This document shows positions 63,928 through 64,000 of a DNA stretch of 64,000 nucleotides, piece after piece. The stretch's first letter is position 1; every line of letters begins with the position of its first letter. The DNA is from Azolla caroliniana (Eukaryota; Plantae; Polypodiophyta): the NCBI GenBank assembly GCA_043228905.1, contig JBHGNT010000020.1, positions 12,090,001-12,154,000 on the forward strand, in the 5' to 3' direction. The position numbers and the translations under genes were made by a program. Below the pieces are notes generated by a model that saw nothing but the letters and a program-made list of their open reading frames with translations, had not been told where the DNA came from and did not search any database.

Positions 63928-64000
63928 GTGGATGTTCAGCCTGCCTGAGACCTTTAAAATTAATTTACCTCAATCTAATCCTCTGTTATGTACTATTCTG

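Overview
Eukaryotic, intron-rich, AT-rich land-plant nuclear DNA. The organism is most likely a fern or another plant with flagellated sperm; this is inferred from a PLS-type PPR gene together with the axonemal dynein assembly factor DNAAF4 and a plastid RF3. I spliced six genes by hand, and reading frames are consistent across all junctions: a plastid DnaJ-ferredoxin protein (DJC82-like, minus), head-to-head with DNAAF4/DYX1C1/PF23 (plus, carrying a U12-type minor intron); an intronless PLS-E PPR gene; an aromatic-acid-exporter/FUSC-family membrane protein (minus, probable GC-AG intron); a gamma-glutamylcyclotransferase-fold protein; and a cyanobacterial-type peptide release factor 3 (prfC) that runs off the right edge. 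A small membrane-protein ORF is a possible seventh gene. Intergenic DNA and introns hold hAT-type AACCG-rich MITEs, LINE remnants, Ty1/copia elements and minisatellites of 52, 68, 95 and 194 bp. The most unusual structure is the 11.8-kb tenth intron of RF3. It contains two separate kilobase-scale head-to-head palindromes, each made of two LTR-like promoter/UTR arms from one unrecognised element family, between oppositely oriented copia remnants. All identifications come from motif recognition; no database searches were run.
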